NCBI GenBank assembly: GCA_965649825.1
Contig: OZ287700.1
Location: forward strand, 1 to 64,000
Reading direction: 5' to 3'
DNA length: 64,000 bases
Source: Penicillus capitatus
Lineage: Eukaryota; Plantae; Chlorophyta
This document shows positions 51,472-64,000 of the stretch, piece by piece. A program made the position numbers and the translations under genes. The notes under the pieces were generated by a model that worked only from the letters and a program-made list of their open reading frames with translations, ran no database searches and was not told where the DNA came from. Every line of letters begins with the position of its first letter. The stretch's first letter is position 1.

Positions 51472-52290
51472 ATGTTAGCGCTTGTAGACGACTTTCTATT
51501 AAAATCTCGCACAAGTCTGTCTGGTAATCATCCGTCCCACCAATTCGACATGCAGAGACAACCGCCGCAGTCTTGGGAAACTGGGCAGTACAGGAATCGC
51601 CATAACGACAACCCGCGTTTCTCTCTGGGCCTATCGTCCGTGAGTCAAGGAGGCGCTTTCCGCACACACTCGATGATGTTCCACGGAGATAACACAAATA
51701 CCCTCGAGACATCCAACGTTGACTTCACCAACAACGAACACCGGCCATTGCGTCGCGTTCGTTGGAAGTCCAAGTCAACGGATGCAGGTGCTGTCTGGAG
51801 AGACTTCGCAAGAACAGGCCGTCTAGGACCACCAGCCATCGCTGGCGTTGCGCGAAAGGCCACGACAGGACGCCAGCCATACGCATCATGCTCTCGTCGC
51901 GGTAAGACGCACATCGCACCGAAGATGGTCCGTCGCCTAGTTTGATATCAAGGGTTTATGGGAGATGATATGTCCAATGCCGAACAGACTCTTGGTATTC
52001 TGGAAGCCGCTTTGTCGGCAGACGCCGGAAAGGACGCAGACGCTCTGTTCCGGATGATCATGGGTTTTGAGCCGAGATCGTATAGAGAGTACACGGTTGT
52101 GGAATCTCAGACTAAGATTTGCCGCGACGAGATATTGAGTTCCTACTTGCAAAACATTTGTCTCGGTCTCGCTTCCGCCGAAAATGCAGAAGCCATTCGA
52201 GCAGCACATCTCGGCGAGAGACTCATGAGCAAATACCGTCGACTCGTTCTGGATGAAAAGAGGATTGGCGCAGACGAAGGCTTCGGGTAG
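51472..52290 (+). CDS. Hypothetical protein of about 255 aa, 2 exons
   Basis: Two open frames joined by a GTAAGA...CAAG intron (about 51902-51952). No recognisable family. Confidence 0.5.
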
Positions 52291-52624
52291 AACCATCAGT
52301 CAGCCGATCCAGCCTACATACACCATACTCGAATTCCACTGATCGTCAATAAACCGTTACCCCTGATCACAAAGCACCGAATCCTTGATTTTATTAACAA
52401 TCATCAGTGAATTTTGCAACGCTATAAACGAAAGAAACCTCTCTCTTATTGAATACTACTATGCGATCTTTAGAAGTCACAGACGAATGAAGTGTAATCC
52501 ACTTTGGTTGTTCTCTTGTTTGCCGAGCAGCGACAGTTCGACAACGAATTTGAACGCAAACCAGTAACAACCATCACATCAAAGACCTTATGGCGAGAAA
52601 GATCTGGAATCTATTGTCTTCGGG

Positions 52625-55611
52625 ATGCTGTTTTTGACAGATGCCTTGACACTCAAGAGACATCCGTCAGCTGAGTGGTGTATCGCGAAGTCGACATCGG
52701 CGGTATGGTACAGCCCTCCGAGAAACGACCGTTTGAGATGGAAGAGCGCCAGTCGCGCAGTTTCCAAACTGCACATACCACCGCTGCAGATTGGAGAATT
52801 CAACAGGCAGCATTTGAAGGCGACACGCATTCGGGCAGCAAAAGACCTCGGAATTGAAGAACCTTATCGTACACTGGGCCACCCCATTGGAAGCGAAGCT
52901 GCTTTACGAGATCTGATCGACTCCTTGCGAACATGCCCTTCCTATGAAGCAAAGGCAATCCTGTATCGACTCGCATCGAACTGTCGGCGCTGACCCTGTG
53001 GCACATCTAGGCGAATCTCTTGCTGTCCAGTCGAATCTGTGACACCTTCTTGAGAGATCACGGGTGAGATGATGACCTTCATTCGATGTGTCTGTCGTAT
53101 GGCACACATGTTTCCTGTGTCTTTCAGAGAGTGGTTCTCGAGCATTCAACAAACGCTGAAATCTGAAGAAATCTTTGTTCTTCTGTGTTTGGTCGCGATG
53201 GGACAGATCCATGTACTTCTTAAACAAGACACGGAATCAGGTACGGCGTCCCGTCCATAACACAAGCGATTCAATCTGTCTGACATGTTGTTATTAGTTT
53301 TCTACTTGAATGCAGATGATTGTCGCTGTTTGTCACAAGACCTGCTGAAATTGGAGACATTTTACAGCAGTCTCGGTGGTCTGCTGGGATATCAGTTGAG
53401 ATCACTTCAGCTTCTCTCCGCGGCGCATTCGGATAATGGAGTAGAGGGAGATGCCTCTGTGGAGTACCTCATGCCAAGATTTCTAGATCTCTCGACAAGT
53501 GATGATCGAGTGAAGGCAGCTGTGCGTTCGGGCATACAAGCTATCCCATACATGGCTGAAATCTATGCCCTCGGCGGTTCTGGAGATCGACTGGGACTTC
53601 AGTGTCCAGAATCTGGACATCTCCTGCCGTCGGCTATGCTCCCTTACTGTGGCCGCTCTATGCTGGATTCTATGATCAGAGATCTCCAGGTATGGCCTCT
53701 TTGCAGTCGCAAACGACGATATCTCGTCACACAATGTATGCAGGCAAGAGAATCGCTTTACTTCAGGTTGACAGGAGAGCAGCACACGACACCCATTGTC
53801 ATCATGACGTCTGACGCCAAAGAAAATGACAGGCGCATCCGAGAAATGCTGATCTCTCAGAACTGGTATGGAAGAGGACAGGATTCGTTCTTCATTTTCA
53901 AGCAGCCACTGGTTCCATTGATTGACATCACCTCTGGCGCGTGGTTAGTGACATCTCCCGGAAAGGTGGATAGGTAGCTAGCTGGGTGTACATCTCTTGT
54001 TGAATGTAGCCCGTTTTATTGATCAGATGGTGATGCGACCGGGAGGCCACGGAGTGATCTGGAAACTGATGTGGGACGAAGGCGTGTTTGAGTGGCTCAA
54101 GAAGAGGAATCGGAGGGCAGCCATTGTTCGACAAGTCAGCAATCCCATGGCCTCGACAGATGCAACGCTTTTTGGGTTGTCCGGGATGGGGCTCTCTCAG
54201 AACAAGGCCATGGGATTTGCCTCCTGTGAACGTGTTGTCGGTGCATCGGAGGGCATGAATGTCGTGCAGCACCAGCGACTCGCTGAAAATGGTACTCTTA
54301 CTTCCAGAGCAAGTGGACCACATCCCACAGATCTTTCTGTGGCTTCAGGAACAGGTGTTGTCCACGCGTACGGAATAACGAACATCGAGTATACCGAGTT
54401 TGAACGGGTGGGACTGACAGACGTCGCTGTCCACCACAACAGTTCTACTAGCTGCTTCCCGGCAAACACGAACATTCTCTATGTCGCATTGGACACTGCT
54501 AAGAAAGCCATTGAAGAGAGCATTCAGGTTGATGGATTCGGAGCATGCTTACCAGGTCTCTTCTTAAACATGCGATTCCTCACCGTCGACATCGAACAGA
54601 TGTGTATGGCAGGATTGATCTTCAACACGAAGAAACGGGTATCCTATAGAGATGAAATGACAGGGGAGACAAAAGAGTGTCTGGCTGGTCGAATGGAGTG
54701 TATGATGCAGAATCTCGCAGACTCACTCGTCGATCGAGTGCATTCTAAAATCGATTCGGAATCCATGACGGCCGATTCTCTTTCGACATTCATGGTATCG
54801 AATACAAGACGAAAAGTCACATCATCAGCCAAGAAGAAATACAAACCAGGCGGTTCAATACGTCAGACACCAGAAGGCTCTTTCTGGGATCTGTTGCACA
54901 ATGCTCAAGACATTCTCCATCAGTGCGGAATGCATGTTCCAGAGGTAAGCCAGTACATGCCCTTCATGATAACACTGAGAGAATCAATCGTGTTTGCAGC
55001 TTGGTACTGTTGAGCAATATCTTCAGAAAGGACCCGAGTTCATTTTCTTATTCCATCCCGACCTCGGCCCACTGTGGTCGATCATTGCTCAGAAGATAAG
55101 GGGTGGCCGAATACTCCGTGGATCTGAACTGGTTTTGGAGATTGCAGAAGCGCGAATTGTAAACCTGCATCTGAGTGGCAGTCTCATTGTCTGTGCAGAT
55201 CAAACACTTGGCCACAATGGTGATGCTGCAACAGAGGAGCAGAACTTGATCTTCAGTTCGCGTGTTGGTCGGATTCAGCTGGAGAATGTCTGTGTGGAGA
55301 ATGCAGGGATTGAATGGGACCATCACAAGAACGTCTACTGGAAACATGAAGTCTATAGAGAGGCCTTCTGCATGATTCAGTTGCATGGACGTTCAGAGTT
55401 CTCGGCAAAAGACATCACCATCCAAGGACATCATGTGTTTGAAGTCCCAGACGGCCGTCGACTGTCCCTCATCCCAGATCCTTCCATCTCCACTGGTTTC
55501 AGAGAAGAGCTGACAGAGCTGTCGGATTCGAAGCCGACGTGGGAGTGGAAATATCACTATGCGCAGGACGAAGTTGTTGAGCTTACCTATCAAGAGAATC
55601 GCCGTCAATGA
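52625..55611 (+). CDS. UGP3: Plastid UDP-glucose pyrophosphorylase 3 (sulfolipid pathway), multi-exon
   Basis: FYSSLGGLLGYQ, EIYALGGSGDRLGL, MLPYCGRS, FKQPLVP, RPGGHGVIWKL, VRQVSNP and GFASCER motifs; transit-peptide-like N-terminus. Confidence 0.9.
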
Positions 55612-55710
55612 CGTGACGTTTCGCAATCATTTAGCACTCACATTCTTTCTTGAGCACGCCCATTCGATCTTAAACGAGTGTATCAATTAGGGTTCATCCA
55701 CCTGTGCGCC

Positions 55711-58507
55711 ATGCTTAAAGCAACGAAAGAACTTCGCCTACCGAAGAGTCGAACAACCGTTTTGAGTGGAACGCGTGTTTCTTTGATTCGTCGCAACGCG
55801 GATCGACTTCAGAGGCTCGAGGGATATCATTCATGGAACAGTTTCTCGCGATATCAACGCGATCTCACGATTACCTGTGCGACGCGCGAGAGAAAGAGAA
55901 AGTCGACAAAAGCGAAGACGGAAACGAATCGACTGGCCGACGAGCAATCGCCAGATCTGCGCAGTTATGCTCAGGGCCCCGTAGAGCACCCTTCTGCCTT
56001 TGTATGAGCAGACAGCAGAGCAATGCTGTTTTCAGGTGAATTGGTATCCCTGGGGAGAAGAAGCTTTTCAGAAGGCTGCCGCCGAAGAGAAGATGATTTT
56101 TCTGTCCATTGGATATCTCTCCTGCCATTGGTGTCACGTCATGGACATAGAGAGTTTCCAAAATAAACGGATTGCGAAGCTGCTGAACGAGAACTTCATT
56201 TCGGTGAAGGTCGATAGAGAAGAACGTCCAGATGTGGACAGATTCTACACGGCCTTCCTCCAAGGAATGTTGGGATATTCTGGATGGCCTTTGAACATCT
56301 TTCTGTCGCCAGAGTTGGATCCAATCTTCGGTGCCACTTATATGCCAACTCCTGCAAACAAAGACCTTCCATCATTCGAATCGGTCCTTGCAGAGATTCT
56401 CGAAGGATGGAACAAAGACAGGGAGACCGCCATCGAGACGGTGACACAATGCCGTTTTGAAATCAAACAGTCCTTACAATGAGAGATACTGTTTTGGTGT
56501 AGGCCAGAGATTCGATGAAAGAAGTGAAGAGAGTTCTACGTCCAGATCCAATACCTTTTGAGCGTAATCGACCGGATGGCACCAATCTCGTCGATGACGT
56601 GATGGATGCAACTGTGAACGCATTGTTTAATTCCTTCGACGCCAAGAATGGAGGATTTGACGAAGATGCGAAATTCCCGCGACCGTGCAGTCTGAAGTTG
56701 TTGATGCGACAGTTCATTCGTGGAACGGTAGAGGATGAAGAAGCGCGTATCTATCTGTTGAAGATGCTGTTCTACACGCTTGGAGCATTGCACGATGGTG
56801 GAGTGCACGATCACATTGCTGGTGGATTCCATCGTTACGCTGTGGATAACATTTGGCATGTTCCCCATTTCGAGAAGATGCTCGTCGACAATGTTCAACT
56901 CGTCCAAGCGTATCTGTCTGCTGCCAGACTGAGGCCAGATGACGAGCTCTTCTTCACAGCAAGGAGTACTTTGGATTTCTTGATACGTGAGATGCAATCT
57001 CCCGAAGGAGGATTCTATTCGAATCAGGATGCCGATGTCTTCGATGCGGAGATAGGAAAATCTGTACAGGGAGCTTTTTACACCTGGCAGGCCGAAGAGA
57101 TCGAATCTGCCTTAACCGAGAAGGAGTATGAGTTTTTCAGTGAGTACTATAATGTGATGGACGAAGGGAACTGCAATCTGGCAGCTACGGAAGAGGATGA
57201 AGAGTATCCCACAAATGTCCTCTTCGTTCAACAAAAACTCACCGAACTGTCAGATAAGTATGACCTGGAAGAGGTAGAGACAAAGGAGATTTTAGCCGGC
57301 TGTCGAAAAAAACTTTACAAGAAAAGACAGCAAAGGCCGAAGCCAAACATAGATACAAAAATCGTCAGTGGATACAATGGAATGGCGATCAGCGCCTTCG
57401 CAGAGGCCTCTAGAGCCTTGCGTGTCGAAAAAGAAACATCTGCCAAAGACGTGTTCCCTGACAGCAGAACAGATCCATCCGTTTACTTAGAGACTGCTTT
57501 AAAAGTACTGCCTGCTAATCATCTGAGAATGGTCTCAGATGACTGACTGACACATTTTGCATGGACAGATTGGAGAGTTCATTCTGAAAACCCTGTGGGA
57601 TGAAGAAAAGCAGCAGCTGTTTCGGTTTCACATGGACAAGCAATCATCTGTTCCAGCCTATGCTGAAGATTACGCCCATATCATCGAAGGATTTCTGGAT
57701 CTTTACACGTGCTGTGCCGATCTGAAGTGGTTGCAGTGGGCAATGCGATTACAAGAGAGAATGGATGATCTCTTCTGGGATCCTGTGTATGGCGGCTACT
57801 TCATGACCACGGAAGACAATCAGAGTCTGCCCTTCCGCATAAAATTCTGTTTTGACACAGACGAACCGTCTGCGTCTTCTGTGGCACTGTCAAACCTGTT
57901 TCGATTCTGTGGACTGCTGCACGAGAATGATTTCTATACACGAAGGGCCACGGAAACGATGGAAGCATTTGCCATGTATTTCGATGAGTTCGCCATGTTG
58001 TTGCCGGAGTTTGCATCGTCTGCCTGTCTGGCAGCAGTACATCCTGCTCTGTGCAGAGTGGTGATCGTTGGAGACAAGAAGAGTGACAAGACTCAGCAAT
58101 TGTTGGATGCCATGCACAGCATCTATGCTCCATCGAAGTCATTGATCTTCATTAACCCAAACGACAAAGACAACATGGAGTTCTGGAGTACACATCAACC
58201 TGTATTGATGGAAGAGCTTTCTGATGTCGTCAAGCCAAAGATCTTCGCTCCAAAAAGCAAAAAAGCGCTAACGATGAAGCAGACTCCGGAAACAGGCGGA
58301 GAGGCATCGCCCGTTGCATTTGTATGTCAGAACACTGAGTGCTCGAAACCACTGGATACTCCTCAGATGCTAGTGGATTACATGCGGCAGACTATCGAGG
58401 AAGATTTTGATTCCAGAGTGCTCGTAGAGTTCGATACTTACAATGCCGAGATGGACGAAGGAGAAGTGATTGATTTGGAAGAGTCAACGGCTACAGAAAG
58501 TAGCTAA
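55711..58507 (+). CDS. SPATA20: SPATA20/YyaL-family protein, copy B (3 introns; N-terminal extension; acidic)
   Basis: [45 protein letters not shown] and AEDYA motifs. Confidence 0.9.
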
Positions 58508-58571
58508 GTTCATCATTATTTTTACCCGGCGTTCGTTTTATGGATGACGATGAAAACAAACAGATACCCTA

Positions 58572-59210
58572 TCAAATGAGATTCGTAGCAGCATACAGAA
58601 ACTGATTGAAATCGAGTGTAATGCGGCCCGTCTGCTTAGGATCATAAGCTACGAATGCCGCCGTCGAACTTCGCAGGAACATGGTCAGCCGTATGAATGC
58701 TGTCAAATCGAGTCCCTGGCTCCCTTCTGGATCGAACACCTCGAGCATGCGTGTAAAGAGCTTCTGCTGCAGATGATACCCTGTACAACGAGCGTATCGA
58801 TGCACAGTGATTGGCACAGTACATGAAATCCGACAGGCTTACCAGCTCCTTTGAGTATATCTGCAAGTTGGTTGTAGGACAGGAGTCCGTTTGTGGGATG
58901 TGCATTGGTGAACGACTGCTGCGTATCTTCCAGGAATCGATGCAGATGCTGGAATTCTGGGTAGGTGAGCTCGGGCTCGTTTCCTGGCGCGGTCAGGTCT
59001 TGTACTTTGTGTAGGCGAATCATATGCGTAACGGTGGAAAGACTGAAGTGCAGATTTCCCCTGGCCAGTGCTCCATGCAGCTCGCGGCTGCCGATTCTGC
59101 CGTTGCGGTCGGCGTCGATCGAGTCAAACCACTAAACAGAGCAGCAAAGTCATGCAGATAGCGCCACACTTTCTGCGAACATTCCCTACTTGACGGACTC
59201 GAGATTCCAT
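58572..59210 (-). CDS. Penta-EF-hand protein (ALG-2/sorcin/peflin-like), 3 exons
   Basis: MESRVRQ|WFDSIDADRNGRIGSREL..AL, FDPEGSQGLDLTAF and YDPKQTGRITLDFNQF. Confidence 0.85.
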
Positions 59211-59308
59211 ACCCAACGATGGACCTGAACGATCACTGTGCCCAGTCATCGGCGATAACGACATCCGCGGTAGAGAAATGGTCATTGATTTCGGCGTTCT
59301 ATCTTAAA

Positions 59309-60705
59309 ATGTCGCACGCCTTCGCGGGACGTTCGGCTTCGAGTACGGGTGGGTCTTTGGAGAAGGGCCGCGTGGATGTAACAAGAGTCAAGAGGTACTG
59401 GACAGGACGTGCTCCTGAGTGGCTGGAGGACGAGGAAGGGGAAGCAGCAGAGAAAGAACAGAAGAAGAGAGAGACGGTAGCACCTGTGATCATTTCTAAG
59501 ACAGCGGACCCTCGTTTGGAAAGGCTATCGCTGTCGGATGTCAAGAAGGAAACCACCATCCCTGCTCACCGTCGCACTGTGCATTCGGAGGCATCGAGTG
59601 CAGGTGCAACAGCAAGTGCTATCCCAGAATCGAAGGACGAAGAAAACACAGAGACGATCTTCGAACGCCGTGCACGTCTGCGAATGAAGTTATTGGAGAC
59701 GAGGAAAGATGAGCCGGCATTGATGTCGGATGATGAGGAGGAGGATGAGGAAACAGGGTCGGATGATGATGAATATGGGAGTGGTAGTGATGTTGCTGAT
59801 GGAACAGCACGTGCCTCGTTTCATCGACTCGCCATCAAACCCGTTTTCGTCACTGCTGAAATGCGCGAAACGGTGCAAGAACGTGAGAGACTTGAAGAAG
59901 AGGAGGAACGAGAATGGGAGGCACAGAAACAGAGGATGCAACAAAGAAGACAAGATACAAGAGAGATCGTGTCGCAGAAAATCAAAGACGAACAAGAAGC
60001 AGAACAGAATCGAGTGGAGATTCCTAAAGAGGCAGCAGACATCAATACAGATGACGATGCCGAAGAGGAGGAGGAAGAGTATGCATCGTGGAAACAGAGA
60101 GAGCTGACTCGAATCAAGAGAGACAAAGAAGAAATTCTGATCAGTGAGAAGTATGCAGAAGAGCGAGAGAAGCTCAAGAATATGACAGAAGAAGAACGCA
60201 TTGCCTACGAAAGACTGAATCCAAAAGTAGGCTTCGTCTTCAAAGATGCTTGATTGGTCTACCCATTGCCGTTCTGTTTTGCAGGAGGCCGTGAACAAAG
60301 CAAAGAAGAAATGGAAGTTCTTGCAAAAGTACTGGCACAAGGGAGCCTACTATCAGGAGGATCCAGACGACATTCGAGGAACAGCAGGTCGATGCTCTAA
60401 CCTCTGCCTCTGTCTGACTGTTATGAAGATTCCATTGTTGTTTAGGTACCCATCGTCAAGTATTCGAGCGTGATTTTTCAGATCCGACTGGAGAGGACAA
60501 AACGGATAAATCCATGCTGCCGAAGATCATGCAGGTCAAGAACTTTGGCAGATCGGGTCGAACCAAGTGGACGCATTTGGTCAACGAAGATACAACGAAC
60601 TTTGAAGATCCATGGACATCCAAGGATCCGCTCCGAATGAAGTATAATCGTCGTATGGCCGCCTCGGAGCAAGAATTTCAAAAACCTAAGAAATTCAAGT
60701 CATGA
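59309..60705 (+). CDS. MFAP1: Microfibrillar-associated protein 1 (spliceosomal B-complex factor)
   Basis: RYWTGRAPEW, KPVFV...RETV, YASWKQRELTRIKRD, FLQKYWHKGAYY and VKNFGRSGRTKWTHL motifs. Confidence 0.93.
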
Positions 60706-60802
60706 ACCACACTTGATTACAGAAAGCCAGTACTGAACCGTTCAGCAGTGGTCTATACATTCAGCTGATGTTGGACACCATAAGTGATTGAGGATGGTCA
60801 GA

Positions 60803-62218
60803 CTAAGAAAGTGGACATTCTGTTTCCAATGTGTGGAAATTCAATGATAATATTCCATAAGGATACCCTTGTTCCGAATATCCAACTGGCTGCCAATATC
60901 TTCGGTCATCGTACAGGGAGTCATTCAAAGGCACCATACATACAACGCACTCTACCATTATGGTGCTTATGGTTTTCAATAACTTCCTGGGTATCGATAA
61001 AATGGGCCTCTTGTGAGAGGGACCTAATAAAGCAAAGGTAGAAAAGCGCTCCACTGCATGCGTTATTGACTCAAACAAACAGTTTTCTCAGAAACCACCA
61101 AGTTTGGTGCCCGCGGATGCCGGAGCTAATCATAAACAGATTTCTAAATTTATCCCAGTCTTCCTCGTTTGGTTCTGCTGTGTGCTTGACAAACTCGACT
61201 AACCTGTTCCATTCTGGAGGAAGATTGGACTGAAGTAAAAAATCCTGCAACATGTCCCACCTCTCACGCAGTGGTGCCTTGCTATCAAGCTCTGGCTTTG
61301 ATTTCTCGCCTCTGCGCAACATGCATGAGAATGCGTGAAAACAATGACAACAAACAACGCATACCTGTCTGCCGAAGAGAGACCGACCTGTGACTCGTCT
61401 GCCACTGGTTCATGTCCAGCAAGTGACAATAAAAGAGTCCTGTGCTTTTGAATTAAAGGACTGTTCTCATTTACCCATTTTCTGCGAACACAAGAGCAAC
61501 GTCAAAGAGACAGTAACAGAGTATGCTTATTGCTGAGAGGCCAACACAGTCTCTTCGAATGGTATTTCTTCATTCTGCTTGTCCTCTGTGGTTTGTTTCG
61601 GTGGAGGAATTGTGACAGAGGAATCGATATCATCAGGAAAGAAAACCTAGACGCCCAGATAATAGCTATTCAGATAACGGCGAATGCAAAAGGCAGTCGT
61701 GTGTCAGACATTGAGTGTGCTGTGCCAAACGACGGGGGTTCTGGGATAGCCCTGCAGATCTGTCTCGATAAAACATTCTCTGACCATGTTCCACAGACAC
61801 ACCCCTCTGGTTGGATGCTCCCTTTCTCTTCTAGAATCCGTGCCTTGACTGCTGAAGCTTCTCGAACTGTGCAATGAGGAACGGGCAATCAAATGTTGCG
61901 CCAAGACATTCCATAGTGAGCTCTGTGGTCCAGACTGGGACAGCATGGCATTCGACAGAATCGCCCAACCATTGCTTTTAGATGGACCTTTTGAATGACG
62001 CTCTCCCCCCTGTAAAGACAACGAAACACGTTTGTCAGGTCAAGAGATAGATCTGTGTCTGCTCACTTTCTCTTCTTCTGCAACAGGCAATGCTTGTCCA
62101 GACTGAGACGTTGTCTTGACATCGTCTGGGGGAACTGCAGGGCTCTCGATGGAAGAATCCTGATCGAGATCTGTTGTCATCATTCGCAGCTTTCTGCGAC
62201 AACGTTGTGCTGCCATGA
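60803..62218 (-). CDS. Hypothetical multi-exon gene or genes; exon structure unresolved
   Basis: Several plausible exons with GT-AG boundaries (MAAQRCRRK...EEEK|GGERHS; VFFPDDIDS; GEKSKPELDSK...WWFLRK). No homology recognised. Confidence 0.3.
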
Positions 62219-62436
62219 ATCGGACAACATTTCTGATGCGATCCCATCGACTCTGGACGACGGTACCTTTACCAGATGGTTTATTCAGATGGTGTCTGCA
62301 TAGACTGTCCCAGTGGCTTACGGAATTTTTCAGGGGTTTGCGTATGAGCTGAGTCTGCTGTCAGTTTCACAAAACCGTCGCTGCGATCTGAACGTGTGTT
62401 CTTTTCATCAGAATGCCCGGAAACTAGGATTCGAAA

Positions 62437-64000
62437 TCATGGCATCCAGAGTATAGACTCTGTTTTCTCACTCTGCGCAGTGGAAGCATTTTGACCATCT
62501 CCCAGTCCACGGGGCTTGTGGACGAGAGAAAAAGGAGACGGTCCTTTCTCATCGGATGACGTATCTTCAGAATCGGAATTCTTATCTGGGCAAGGAAGAG
62601 GCTTTGATAAATTGATCACTGACAACAAACACACAACAACTCAGCATGTGACATCAGGCACTGGGCTTGGGGCATCGTACAGTCCTCTATTTCCTGTTGG
62701 TTGAATTGTGTAATGTGTGATGCCCTCTTGAACATCGATCGCCTGTCCTTCACAGAATTGGAAGACGGACGAACACCAGGCGACGGTGAATGCCCCTTTG
62801 ATGAAAATAGATTGGTAGGAAGAAAACCCGACATAGACAGGAGGTTTTACCGGAACAGGTGCACTCATGAATTTGGGAACGTCCGTAGAACCCAGGCGGT
62901 ACAGAAAGTTCTCCAGGATGGGGACAATGTCTTTGAATGTGGGTCTCTTTTCTGGAGTTCCTTTCCAACATTGCTTGATCAATTTGCAATAGTCTGTATA
63001 AACAGGGCATGGACCGCCCAACAGCTCATTGTTCGGTGGAATCGCCGGTCGTTCGTTTTTGAAAACGGTCCCAAAGAGAACGGCCGCTGGATTTCGGGGT
63101 CCGCCATCTGTCTCGTAAGGAAACTTCCACGTCATCAGTTCCCACAGAATTGTTCCAAAAGGATAAACATCGGAGGCCCGTGAGAATTTCATTCCTTGCA
63201 AGATTTCTGGGGCCAGCCAATGAGGATTGTTGGCGGCAATCGAATTCGTGACAACTTGTGCATCCATGAACCTATCCACACCACCCCGCCCTTGTCACAA
63301 AAGCAATCATATCTCATTCAACGACTCGGCCACCTTGCTGTGTTAAAATCGCAGATCTTGCAGTTGAGATTCTCATCCAATAGCAGATTTGGACTCTTCA
63401 AATCTCGATGAAGAACTGGGCAACAGTCTCTGTAGTGCAGGTATTGCATACCACAGGCCACATCGAATGCAATACGCAATCGTCTAACCCACGACAGTCT
63501 CTCTGCATATTCACTATCCTTCCGAGCGTTTTCTGAGAAAACAAGAAAGCACATGAGAAGACCATCTGATGGTCATTCCGTGATGTCATGTATACCAATG
63601 AAATCAAACAGCGACAGATGGGCACAGTATTCTGTGACGATTGCCGCTGGTTCGAGGCACACTCCATAGAACTGCACGATCGGTGCAAAACTGAGACTCT
63701 TCAAAATACGGACTTCCCGTTCCAAGGCGACAACCAAATCGGCAACTTGTTTCTTCTTGGCATCACTCAACTGCTCGGGTGTCTTCTCTTCGGACTCAAC
63801 GAGAAGTCCGACCCGCGACACCGAATTCTGAACGTTAAGTACTTTTACAGCGACGTCCTGATCGTAGAGGCGGCCTTTAAAGACGGTACCGAAGCTGCCA
63901 CGACCAATGCGCTTGCGGAGGACTAACTCCGACCGTTTAATGAAAACCACATCGTCCAGTGTTGGCGGCAAGAGCGTCTTAGAGATATGTTCTCCTTCAT
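62437..64000 (-). CDS. Raf-like MAPKKK / TKL protein kinase, 5' end outside the window; 3' end uncertain
   Basis: IGRGSFGTVFKG, VAVK, HRDLKSPNLL, KICDFN, NPHWLAPE and SDVYPFGTILWELMT motifs. Confidence 0.92.

Noticed and set aside
35558-55611. Sulfur-metabolism gene cluster (sulfotransferase, SIRB, UGP3)
   Set aside because: Genes are 5-10 kb apart, interleaved with unrelated genes, and act in different pathways; no evidence of co-regulation.
25600-64000. Numerous 60-200 aa antisense or alternative-frame ORFs in the track
   Set aside because: They overlap well-supported genes on the other strand or frame and lack motifs.
1-64000. tRNA, rRNA, transposase or reverse-transcriptase genes
   Set aside because: None recognised by eye; tRNAscan-SE, Infernal and RepeatMasker would be needed to exclude them.

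Overview
Eukaryotic nuclear DNA from a compact, intron-rich green-algal genome. Chlorophyte affinity is inferred from plant-type NDUFB8, SIRB, UGP3 and SIK1 plus the flagellar gene LRRC6; an ulvophyte/Bryopsidales-like lineage is a tentative guess. The genetic code is standard and introns are mostly 42-66 nt. Three zones: (1) 1-7745, a homogeneous satellite of 102/101-bp A/B monomers forming a 203-bp dimer, with scrambled order at the inner edge and a library-adapter remnant at 350-368, so this is probably a contig end. (2) About 7.8-25.4 kb, a mosaic of intron-containing pseudogene fragments (GluRS, SIK1-like kinase, At3g63330-like kinase, ankyrin, YjbQ, acidic coiled-coil). It also holds a few apparently intact genes (WOX-like homeobox, NDUFB8, two paralogous orphans) and a ~109-nt pre-miRNA-like hairpin. 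(3) About 25.5-64 kb, tightly packed genes: LRRC6, a large Pmp-like beta-helix/multi-TM surface protein, sulfotransferase, a novel secreted protein, ASI1-like RRM, XPA-like, LCMT1, SIRB, two SPATA20 paralogs, IMPase, UGP3, penta-EF, MFAP1 and a Raf-like kinase. Also notable are frequent GC-AG introns and a TSD-flanked retroposon-like insertion with an (AAACCT)3 tail. All homology calls are from motif recognition by eye; no searches were run, and no clearly novel multi-gene system was established.
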